From NCBI GenBank assembly GCA_030704615.1, contig CM060733.1:11966001-12030000 (forward strand): DNA of 64,000 bases, given 5' to 3'. How positions within the stretch are numbered: the stretch's first letter is position 1; each line of letters begins with the position of its first letter. Shown one piece after another: positions 26,191 to 37,000 of this stretch. A model generated the notes under the pieces. The model had not been told where the DNA came from. It saw only the letters and a list, made by a program, of their open reading frames with translations, and did no database searches. This DNA comes from Takakia lepidozioides. Lineage: Eukaryota; Plantae; Bryophyta. Made by a program: the position numbers and the translations under genes.

Positions 26191-26412
26191 AATTGTGCGC
26201 CATGTCACCTTCCAAATGTCGATGGCAGAGTTGACCCAAACTTAGCAGTGGTACCTGCAGGTTTGAGGTGCATGCTCTGTGGGTCTGCCAAAGGGGCAGC
26301 CACCATGCTGGTGTGTGATCGATGCTCAAGGGGTTGGCATATGGGATGCTTGACACCACCTCTTGAGAAGGTTCCTAACGGAGATTGGTTGTGTCCACAC
26401 TGCTTGGGATAG
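26191..26412 (+). pseudogene. Pol C-terminus with PHD finger
   Basis: NCAPCHLP...CMLC...MLVCDRCSRGWHMGCLTPPLEKVPNGDWLCPHC (C4HC3). Confidence 0.9.
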
Positions 26413-26660
26413 TGGCAGTGGACACGACTAAAGGCAGCTAACAAGACATAGGAGGCCAAGCTCATAGGAGTCAATACACGAGATCCCAGGCTCAAGTTCA
26501 CAGGTTGCAAGACTGCGACTAACGATGGGGCAACTCTTGCACCCGGCCTCTTGATCTATCGAGTTTGAGTGTAGTAGGATAGTGGTGGAGGACTTAGTGA
26601 GGCTATGGTCACTATCACATCTTGTGGTTACCTGGACTTAGAGGGTCCTAAGCACCAGCT

Positions 26661-27348
26661 AGGGGGGCGATTGTGTGGACTAGTGACTGCCATAGTGGGC
26701 AGCATAGTGGCAGCCTAGTGACTGACTAGTTATAGCCTAGTGGTTGGACTAGTGATATACTAGTGTGTGGCGTGCACATGTGTTGTGTGGTTTTGGACAG
26801 CGATGTAGTTGTGTAGCGATATGTATGCGCACGACAGCTGTCAAGTTGTTTTACCACTAGTATGAAACTAGCTAGGAAATAGCTAGTTTTTACATATTGA
26901 CATTTGGGATTGGCCCAAGTGTCAATCCAGGGGTCAAGGCAGATTTAGGCCCTGGAGTGGTTATCTTCACGGCAAGCGCGGGAGGCTCATCTTTCTCGAG
27001 TTGAGCCTCACCGCGCCTAGCTATGGCGCCGTAGTGTGGATTCCCCATGGCATGGGGTGCACTTGGCTTGACTTGTATTTGAGTGATGAGGTTATATATG
27101 CATGAGTTTATGCTTCAGCTTTGTGAGCTCGCATGAGATTGTGCTTGATTCTTCTTCTTTATCATTGTGTGGACTAGTGACTGCCATAGTGGGCAGCATA
27201 GTGGCAGCCTAGTGACTGACTAGTTGTAGCCTAGTGGTTGGACTAGTGGCTAGACTAGTGGTGGACTAGTGATATACTAGTGTGTGCACATGTGTTGTGT
27301 GGTTTTGGACAGCGATGTAGTTGTGTAGCGATGTGTATGCACACAACA
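26661..27348 (+). repeat. Polypurine tract plus 3' terminal repeats B1-A2-B2
   Basis: AGGGGGG at 26661; B1 26672-26836, GC spacer, A2 26839-27164, B2 27166-27348; each block is TG...CA. Confidence 0.9.
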
Positions 27349-29003
27349 GAGTATTTTGTGGCGATGAGCCACGGCAAAAAGAGCACAGTCGGGGGCAGGG
27401 CGGTGAAAGCCTCCATCGACATGATCCTTGTGGATATCCCGGATGGGCAGGAGATACTGGGGCTGAGCTCACTACCCTGGTGGAACAAGTACGACGAAAG
27501 ATACTGGAGCCACACATTCGGGTTCGCAGCCAACATGTTGGACGACGACGGCTGTGTTGTTGTGCTAGCAGCCGATGGAGAAGTCATTGAGAATGATATC
27601 AAAGTATAGACGGGGAGAAGTGCAGCACCCATCCTGAAAAAGATCTGGACTTGCATCAACACGCAGGCTCTTGTCAACGATGGTCAGAAGGTATGTTGCG
27701 GTTCTCCTCTGTTCTGCCAATTTCTGCGCCGAAATTGCCCATGTACGTGTAGGCCACCTCTGACGTTCTCATTTCCTTCTTTGCAGACTCTTATCTTTCA
27801 GGCATTTGCTTCGTGAAGGAACATTCGAAATTCAGATTACGTCAAGCAGACAGACTTGTTGATTCCACAGTTGATCCACTGGAGTATAACGTCATGTTCA
27901 ACCATGTGGGAGAGAATGACATGCTTTGTGATTTGTCGGGCAAGCCTTGGAGGTATGGCAGGACCAGGAGTCCTGCATTCATCCAGACGCTCATGGAAAC
28001 GTGTACGGATGTTGAAGGCAGGGTCCTGGACGTCATTGCTAATACAGGTGAGAACGTTCAGTGATTGCGGCATCGAAATTGACACCGTTTCCGATTGTCT
28101 TTGTTTGCTTGCGCGAGGAAGCGAGTCATTCTTGACTTTGGCTTTGGTTGTGTCGTATGAATTCGCAGGTGCCTGTATGTGGGCGGGAAGGATGTCCAAC
28201 CGATTTGTGTTCTCATTTGAGGGGGATACGGCCTTGTACGATTTCAATTTGGCAGGCCTACAGCGTCTGCCTCTGACTAAGGATCCCAACAACGCAGAAG
28301 AGGACGTGGAAGGGGAGGAGGAAGTCCAGGAAATTCGTCCAATGCAGGGGCGCCCGAAGCCGCTTCCTGCAATGCCTGTCTTCGAGTGAGTTGCACCATA
28401 GTAAGTGTATTGGTTTCGGTTGTAGGGACCATGCAACCTGCCGATGATTCCCTGTTTGAATGTTCTAATATGCTTCATTCTGTGTTTGTGCGTACACTCA
28501 GCCTTACAGAGTCGTCCGACGAGGAAATGCTGGGAGACTTGCCCGAATCGGACCCTGTTGCAGAGGAGGAGACAGAATCGCATCGGCCATTCTTTGCCAG
28601 AAAATCGTTTCTTACGAGTCCCGAGAAGCCTTTTTTTCTACCAGCCTATGCAGACACGGCTGCCAGAGAAGCCATCAGGAGGGAGGATAGGCCTACTCGG
28701 TTTGAGCAATTGATATGCGGGAAGGAGCAGAGAATTATAATGAGGCGTGAGGCCAAACATGGAATTGTGAAAGGCAGAGTAGGCAAGTTCGTCATAGAAT
28801 CCGCGTCTGAGAGTGAGGGGGATGATGAGGACAGTTCCGCACCCAAGTGGACAGTTCCAGCTGGTGAGGATGGTATTTTTGAAGGGAGGGCTTCTCAGAG
28901 TAACAGCGGTAGCAGCAGTGCAGGTTCGGAGGCAGGTGGAAGGCAGCCATCCTTGCATGAGGCCGGGAATGCATCAGACAGTGATCACGGATTCTCGCCA
29001 TAG
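27349..29003 (+). pseudogene. 3' part of the ParB-MTase gene: beta-class N6A/N4C-type methyltransferase fold plus acidic tail
   Basis: SIDMILVDIPDG (motif IV position), MLDDDGCVVVL, RSPAFIQTLMETCTDVEGRVLDVIANTG/ACMWAGRMSNRFVFSFEGDTALY (motif X-I-II pattern); introns 27691-27786 and 28048-28168 (the latter splices in frame); one premature TAG and a frameshift. Confidence 0.75.
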
Positions 29004-29356
29004 CAAAATCTCATTTGGATCCTTCTGTTGTACAGTTCTGAAACACTTAATGAAAATATTGATGATTTTTGAAATCATTGTGTTCAGACTGCATGTCCGA
29101 TTCCCAACATTTCTTCCGCAAACCACAATGTAATAATAAAAGCAGAAGAGACGCAAAGTAAAGTAAAGCAGCAATCATTTTCGATCGCCTGTGTGGATAG
29201 CCGTTGTCGGCCAATGGGGGCACGTATTGCCGTTGCCCCAGAGAAGATCACGTGAGATGGTGTTCCGCATTGTGTTTTCAATGTTTGCATCTCCATGTTG
29301 AAACACAACAGTGATTACTTGTCCCTCTCCATTCCCGGTGGGCGCACACTTCCTCA

Positions 29357-29983
29357 ATGCCGCCCTGTGTAAATGCCTTCTGCATTCAACGGAGCGGGAT
29401 TCGAGGATCGCGATTGTGTGAGCCGGTGATGGGAGACATTATGGTGGAGTTGGACTTCAGTGAAGGTACACGCAGGGTGACGAGTTTTCGAGCACTTCTG
29501 TGGGATTCTCTTTGGGTGAGGCCTGCCAGTGGACAACAGTGGATACTTGTTGTGCAAGATAGACCTGGAAGATGGAGTGTTCGTCTCTTCATCATGAGAT
29601 GTTGCTGCGGCGAGTTCTGGAGGTCTTACTACCATAACTATACTGCACCTCCACAGTATTTGCTCCCGGATAGGGCTCTTGAGTTGCTCACTCACTCTTC
29701 TGGGCCAGGGAATATATTGTTGACACTAAGGGAGAATCGGAACAGGTTTGTCCTGGATGTTTGCGATTTTCATGACGTTGTGGAGGAGGTCCCAATAGGA
29801 GGCCTCCAATATCTGCATGTTTTCACGAACGTGACCTCTATAGATATCTTGTATCTTTATGTTCGCCATCTTAATCCAGAAAATGGGAATGCGCAGTGGA
29901 CGACTACCGCACCACTCCTAATTCTGGACCTGTGGTTCGACGACTCGGTGGTTCGTGTTGTGGATGTCAACACAGCAACATAG
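29357..29983 (+). CDS. Unassigned 208-aa ORF, possible third MULE cargo gene
   Basis: Long, non-repetitive ORF downstream of the MTase gene and upstream of a palindrome half-site at ~30324; no family recognised. Confidence 0.35.
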   Translation: MPPCVNAFCIQRSGIRGSRLCEPVMGDIMVELDFSEGTRRVTSFRALLWDSLWVRPASGQQWILVVQDRPGRWSVRLFIMRCCCGEFWRSYYHNYTAPPQYLLPDRALELLTHSSGPGNILLTLRENRNRFVLDVCDFHDVVEEVPIGGLQYLHVFTNVTSIDILYLYVRHLNPENGNAQWTTTAPLLILDLWFDDSVVRVVDVNTAT

Positions 29984-30419
29984 AGCGGTAAGGATCATTG
30001 TGCAGGGTGATTGGAGGGCACAGGCTCCGGGATATGGTAGTTCCACAGGTTTCTTATGCCGCAGTGGTATTTTTGATGATGGAAGCTCGGAATTGTCGCT
30101 GTACAAAATAAAAACTTGTGGTTTCCTGATGTTTTTATTTCGAGCGTGTATGGCAATTTTTTGTCATGTCAATGTGGGCTTGATGTTGAGTTGAATGGGG
30201 TTTGCAAGTTGAACTGTCGTCTGACCCTAAATATATTACCTTGTCAGCACAATGGCTTGTGAGGGCTACAATTTTGTCTCTTTCCTATCCTGCACAATGT
30301 TTTACAGTGGTGATGTGGAACAACGGCGCCGAAATACCTCATTCCGCATCCTGGACCAGGAGAAACAGACCCTATTATCGAGGTATGAGGACATAACACC
30401 GTCAAGAAATAGTAAACCT

Positions 30420-31210
30420 CCTTGCAGGGTATGCACAACAGGGGCACGGGATGGAGGCTTGACCTATGAGCAAATGATTGGGGAAGGGTGAAGCCCGACC
30501 ACATCAGGTTTGTGTGCGCGTGTAAAAGCCTAGCAGCCCCGGAAAAGGGCAAAAAGGTGCATGGTTGCATCACCAAAGCTGGAATTGTATCAAATGTGAT
30601 TCCATATGGATCAATAGCTATAAGAAACGTGCATGGTAGATGGTCAACTAAAGGCTGCAGCTGCAGCGACACAGTTTATAAAACCAGGTACCTCAATCAT
30701 GACCACAGCTGCTAGCAGCAAGGCAAGGATGTATGCATGATTTGTGCAGAGGCATGGATAGCTAAAGGAGCAGGGATAGAGTGTGGGTCCAGATTCATCC
30801 AAGAGGGCCAGAAAGAGGTCCATGGTGACATCGTCAAAGCTGGAATTATACCGGATGTCATTCTGAACACTGCCCTGGTGGACATGTACGCCAAATGTGG
30901 GTGCGTTAAGGATGCGAAGGGAATTTTCAACACTATGGCTGAATGAGATGTGGTGTCGTAGAACGCGATGCTTGCAGGGTATGCACAGCAGGGACGTGGT
31001 ATGGAGGCTTTGGAGACCTATGATCAAATGATGGGGGAAGGGGTGAAACCCGACCACATCACGTTTTTGTGCATTTGCAATGCATGTGCAGGCTTGGCAG
31101 CTCTGGAAAAGGGCACAGAAGTCCATGGTAACATTGTCAGAGTTGGAATTGTACAAAATACAGTCATTCTGAACAATACCCTCGTGGACGTGTACATGCG
31201 AAATGTGGGT
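30420..31210 (+). pseudogene. PPR fragments interleaved with OSB-repeat pieces
   Basis: MLAGYAQQGRGMEALETYDQM...LVDMYAKCG; the OSB-derived AATAGCTATAAGAAAC...GGTAGATGGTCAACT segment is embedded at ~30605-30810. Confidence 0.8.
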
Positions 31211-31659
31211 GCACCCTATCCTGCTGATTTGTTGTTATGCTGGAACAGTAGCAAACGTAGAACGACATTCGCATTTTACATGTGTTGTTATCTTCAGTGC
31301 ATATGTAGTGTCCTTTGTATTTTGTCAGACTATTGTTTGAGGAGCCAAATTTTGGGACTTTGGTGCTATATTGTAAATTTGACTGGCAGCAGTTTAAGAG
31401 AAGCTCTTACATCTACTACTATCTTTAAGTGCCTATGTTTTGTCCTTTGCACTTGCTGACTTTGTTCTTTCATATGATTCTTGCATGTGAATAAAACATT
31501 CATTTGCACAGTCATTTTTTGTCTCTTTGTTCTTCCCTTTTGTTATTCTCTTTGTTCAATATTTGAATAATACTAATCCTAATCTCTTCTAACCCTAATG
31601 AGATAAGCATAGTCGTGGTTCTGACTGTCCAATACATTTAAAAGTTCCAAACAACCCCT

Positions 31660-31940
31660 CATATGATGCCACGTGTCTATATATCATCATATCATAGTCA
31701 GGATCATGACTGCAAGACCTTCTCAATACATGCCACGTGTCTAGATATCAGCATATTGTAGTCAGGATCATGATTACAAGACCTCCTCAATATATGCCAC
31801 GTGTCCAGATATTAGCATGTTGTAGTCAGGATCATGACTACAAGACCTCATCAATATATGCCATGTGTCCAGATATTAGCATGGTTGTAGTCAGGATGAT
31901 GACTGTAGGACCACCTCATGGATATGCCACGTGGCAAATT
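31660..31940. repeat. ~62-65-bp tandem repeat, CACTA-subterminal-like
   Basis: About 4.5 copies of ATGCCACGTGTC..GATAT.AGCAT..TGTAGTCAGGATCATGACT.CAAGACC. Confidence 0.7.
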
Positions 31941-32689
31941 CTGGAAATGCCATATGGCGCACATCCACAAAACCTCCTGGACTTATTAAAAAGAGACATA
32001 TGTACAGTTTGCAGCAGCACACTAAGTCGTATGATAGAAGTACGTATGACTGCCACATGACAGTGAGATGTATCACTTGGTTCATCTGACTACAGTCATC
32101 CATGACCGACCATACGGAAAGTCCAGGTCCATGATGCGCAGGAACCACCTGCTCCCCAGCCGGGGTCCAGGAGAATTGTGCAGTCCTGGAAGAAACTCCA
32201 TTGCTCTCAGCTGGACAAGTCGAGGATCGTCCCTGTAAACATCTAGGAAGACAATGATGTCGTCTGCTTTCGGGACAATGACTCGTCTGGCGTCGATAGA
32301 TGTGATCCGGGCACAACATGGCCTCACGACACAGTAAGAACACAGAGCAGGGAGGAGATAGGCACAGAAGAGAAGAGTGAAGAGCACACTGAGAGCGAGG
32401 CCGGCGGAAAAGGGATATATCATTGCTGCACTGCCAATGTCGTATGCGGCTGAACTTGAATTTCCTCCGACATGTGTGCTTTTATTAGACAAATCCGCAC
32501 CAATTTCAGGACAGTTTGCAAAACTCCCTCACCGTAAGCCGGGTATTTGCTCTCCGGAGCCCAATTTCGGCGCCGTTATTGGTTGCACTCCCGAGCCTTC
32601 AGCTGGGTATTTGGTTTCCGGACCCCAATTTCGACGCCGTTATTGGCTGCACTCCGGTGGCTTCACCCTAGTATTTGGTTTCCGGAGCA

Positions 32690-33200
32690 TGGCGTTCCAC
32701 GACACCACATCTCGTTCCTCCCACGTTCCATGACACCACATCTCGTTCAGCCAGAGTGTGGAAAACTCCCTTCGCATCCTGAATGCACCCACATTTGACA
32801 AACATGTCATCCAGGGCAGTGTTCAGGATGGCATCTGGTACAATTCCAGTTTTGACGATGTGATCACCATGGACCTCTTTCCCCTTTCCCAGAGCTCCCA
32901 GGCTTGCACATGCATTGCAAACCAAACAAATGTGATGTGGTTGAGATTCTCCCCTTTGCACATCATTTAATGCTCATAGTTCTCAAAAGCCTCCATCCCA
33001 CGCCCTCGCTGTGCATATTCTGCAATCATCGCACTCCACAACACCCACATCTTGTTCAACCATACTGTCAAACACTCCCTTCATACATGTCCACGAGGGT
33101 ATTGTTTAGAATGACATGTGGTACAATTGCAGCTCTGACAATGTCGCCATGGACCTCTTTGCCCTTCTCTAGAGCTGCCAGGCTTGCACACGCATTGCAA
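32690..33200 (-). pseudogene. PLS PPR fragment
   Basis: VCNACASLGALGKGKEVHG...MFVKCGCIQDAKGVFHTLAERDVVSWN. Confidence 0.8.
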
Positions 33201-33355
33201 ACTATCAAAGGTTCACTCAACCAATAACTTACAGAAATTCAACATGAAAATTTAGGGTCGATTTTGATAAGAGGGAAAAACAGGGTGAAATGTGTTGAAG
33301 AAGGTTGCCTTCATTAGCAGTGCCTAATTTTATCAATTGTGTCGCTGCTGCTGCG

Positions 33356-34081
33356 TGTTGCGCACCTCACTTCGGTAAACTCCCCTTCAAGTCATAGTTA
33401 CTCGCTTTGATGCGCGCGCCTGACTCCCAACCTGGCCGCCGGGCCAACTTGGAGCTTCGGCTGCTCACCGGGACATAACGGTCCCCTTTCGCTTCCCTCT
33501 AAAACCCTCCACCTAATTGGGACTAGGAGAATTCCCTTTGGTAGATGGCAGTCCGGAACAGCTCCCCACTCTTTGGTCGCTTTCCGGCTCGCTCGCTTAC
33601 TCACTAGTTTTTGGTCACCAACGGGCTTGCACCGTTCTCGGGGTTACTACTCCCTATATATACTTCTGTAGCTGTCCGCGGGGGTTTCACAACCAGCCAT
33701 GCCATTTTATGGCGAACCACCACGAAGACCCTCGATTCCCGGTGGTGAGTCGCGGTGAGTCTTGGCCCGCTCACCACGGCCCCTATGGACCGTGATGAGT
33801 CCCAAGACTCCCCACGACTCCCACCACGAGGTCTCCGCCCCCATGGTGAGTCCTATGCCACCCCCACTAAGTCCCACTAAGCTACCACCACCCCTTGTGG
33901 AGCCACCCCCACCGCAACCCGGTGTGCGGGGCTCCACCTAGTGAGCGCCTCCGCTTCCCTGAGTGCCTTGGGCACTCAAGGGTGCCTCAGCCCCCCATAC
34001 CTATCGCTGCCGCTGCCCCCACCACAGGGGCAGCCCCTCATGTGTCCCGACCCCCTGCCCTCAAGGCAAAGGGCCGCGACA
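33356..34081 (-). mobile_element. Solo LTR of the chromovirus family
   Basis: Inverted homolog of 37261-37970; TG...CA ends; 5-bp TSD CTGCG (33351-33355, 34082-34086); inserted in an OSB exon. Confidence 0.92.
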
Positions 34082-37000
34082 CTGCGGCTTCCAGTTCACC
34101 ATCTACCCATGCAAGTTTCTTGTAGCAATGGATCCACAGGGAATCATAGGTAATATTGTGCTTGAAATCCACAAACACCCCAACCCTAATGATGAGAGGG
34201 TAAAATAGACCGAATAGGTTGAAGAAAAAGGTGCCCTCACCAATTTAGGGCCGATTCTGATAAGAGGGGAAAATAGGGTGAAATGTGTTGAAGAAGATGC
34301 CTTGAGTAGCTGTGCCTGATTTTATCAACTGTGTCGTTGTTGCTGCGACTTCCACAACAGAGATTGAAATGCGGCCTGCTAAGACCAAGCTGACTCTCCC
34401 AAGAACCTTGTAAACATTAGGAAGAATACCAAATTATAACAAGAGCCAAGAGCCCACATTTGCAGGATGGACTAACTTAGAACTTTACATGGTACATTAA
34501 GAAAAAGCCACACCTTGTGATGGCGGTTGTTCCACCATCGTGTAGAAATTCAGGGCCGAGTCTGATGAGAGGTCAAAACAGGCTGAAATAGGTCGAAGAA
34601 GAAGGTGCCCTCACCACATTGTCCTCAATCTTGTGTCATGACCCATGGAGGATTTGACTGACCATGAACATAATAGGACCTCTTGTGTGTGTTGCTTGTG
34701 TGTGTAGTCAGTAATGTCGGATTGGTTTGTGCGAACCACCACGGTGCAGCCAGGAGCCGGCGTGGATTGAAACACGGACTGCTGTCTTTCCCAAGAACCT
34801 TGTGAACATCAGGAAGAATACCAAATCATGGTACTAATAGGAGCCAAGAGCCCATTGCAGTTGTGGTGCAGGATGCGCTTCGCCCCTTCATGCATCAGTA
34901 GCTCAAGAATAGCAAAGCCTCCATCCCACGCCCCTATACTGCGATCATCGCGTTCCATGACAGGTCCATGACACAACACAACAGCTCGATACTAAGAAAC
35001 CGCGCAGGAGAAAAAGAAGAAGAAAACTAAGTCCCAGCCCATTCATGGGCAACCCTATAAGCAATTTGTTTAAAAAAAAAAAAACCTTTTGGCTACCAGG
35101 CTTGCACTAGAAGTCATGCCGACGACTATTTGGTGGTGAGCTCGCGCTGGTCAACCATCGTTGACCAACCATCCGTCTAGTGTGGAGCCATGCAGTCATG
35201 ACGATGTCTACCAAAGTAGTCGCCCAAAGGACGACGTAGTCGCGTAGTCATTTCAACGACTACGTGAAGCTCCATTTAGTCCAAAAATACAGGGAAGTCA
35301 TGGTCAAAGTCAGAAAAACCATGATTACCACGACTCGACAGTCAAATATACCGCAGTGTTTTAATTTGGGTTAAATATTCAAAATCATTTTCATATGTTA
35401 TTATACATTTTAAAACACGGCTAATTAATAAGAAATAGATTGTGAGAGAAGAATTATCCAAAGTTTGCACTCCACGCAAAGGTGGTCCCCATTTCAAATG
35501 ATGAAAAAAAAAATCATCCCATTTCTTTACGCAGAGGAAGACGGCCCTCATGTCGGGCGCCCCTTGAATTTTATGCCCTAGGGCCTCGGCCTCGGGCATA
35601 AATTCAAGGAGCGCCCTCCACTAGGGGCCTTCCTCGATCTTGGAGGTAAAAGACAAGGAAATGTCGGAGGTGTGCATTCATGAAGGTAATACTATTCAGT
35701 TTTTCAACCATCTCCATGAAGATAATTATAAAACTGCAGTGCCTTAATTTTATTTTTTCACTTTAAAAAAATCGAAGTCCTTGAAGTAACTACCTTCGTG
35801 GAGGTAATTATAATGCCCTAAACCTCCAAAGTGAATTTCTTGAAACTTTGGACCCACTATCCCTCATTGTTTTTAATGCAACACCCCTTCATCACACTTG
35901 TTTGAGCTTTGAACCCAGGAACCCGCCCCCTTGTCTAATAATCTGGGCTAGCTCAAGGGCAACTGCGATTATGAGTAGATGCCATAACATCAACATAGTT
36001 TTCACCTGTTGATCTTCCAAAAATCGTAACATATTCGTAATCCATCCAAGTCAAACGATAGAGGTCGCAATGGAAACCTAATCTAACACCCAAAAGTAAA
36101 ACATCAAAGAGCATCACCCATTGCATGATATACAGAGACATCCTTAGTCGTACTGCATTGTAGCAGCATAGTAAGAGATTTTTTAATTAGTTGATGGTTC
36201 AGGTTCCAAATTTTTATTTTCTAAGGGGGCCCTACTTGCAGAGCCCACCAAAGGGAGCTAGAAAAAACCAAACAAATAAATTGTATACCCCTTACCCTCC
36301 TTACACAGTCTCTCCAGGCGGCGGTGGAGCCTTCTAGAAGGGGCCCACCGCCTCATGCAGTTCTAACGCGGCTCGGTAGGTCTTGGCTCCTTGCTATATC
36401 TGGTAGCAAGGGCTCCTCTCGAGCGCTACCGGACATAACCGGTTTTTAGGGCAGTGAGCCAATTAGTTGACTCTTGTACGTACCTACCACCACGTTTGTG
36501 CCTACGTACCTACCTCCTCGTTCCTATCTAGACTCTCGCGTTTCGTGGAGAGGTTGTCATTTCTGTGGTGCTTCTTAAATGGAAGGGAAAAAATCTATCA
36601 AAATTACAGGTGGACCGAGAGATTCTCATGTTACTGATGTTGTATTTCATGCTTTATCTGTTGTTGTAAGTGGCGATTGTAGTTTAAAATCTATAGATGT
36701 ACATGATCAGTGTGAGAAACAACTTAGCAAACTGCAGGTTACATATGCACGCATGTAACCAATAGCACCAAGAATACACTTAGGACACGGCTTGGCAAAG
36801 CGAACTTGGTCCTCTGTGTATTGATGGAAAAGACTGAAGCTACTGCCAGAAGCTTACTTACACAACTGGGTCCCGCAAGTACATCTACACATAGCAAGAT
36901 ACAGTTTTACCTCTCTCTGCCTATCCGTTGCTCTAAGTACTACTAGCACTCCTGGGAAAAATGATGAGCTGTCTTGATAGCCAAGAACTTCATGAACTTC

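Larger units (their letters stand above)
17346..27348. mobile_element. Ty3/gypsy retrotransposon with C5-DNA methyltransferase and PHD finger; 5' half (17346-22919) inverted, 3' half 24031-27348
   Basis: gag-PR on minus strand, DNMT-RT-PHD on plus strand; ends TG(22919)...CA(27348); TSD GAGT (ACTC at 22920-22923, GAGT at 27349-27352). Confidence 0.9.

Noticed and set aside
17346-27348. Two independent retroelements in opposite orientation, or a DIRS element
   Set aside because: Complementary domain content, shared repeat A and one TSD indicate a single inverted element; RT and protease are gypsy-like and no tyrosine recombinase is visible
15236-29003. Bacterial contamination or prophage (ParB plus methyltransferases)
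   Set aside because: In-frame GT-AG introns and nesting with plant retroelements show eukaryotic residence
34555-34590. Hammerhead ribozyme core (CTGATGA)
   Set aside because: No downstream GAAA or helices; it is a variant of the OSB repeat's CTGATAAGAGG
35106-35345. CACTA left terminus (CACTAGAAG)
   Set aside because: Subterminal-like motifs are present but no matching end or TSD could be assigned
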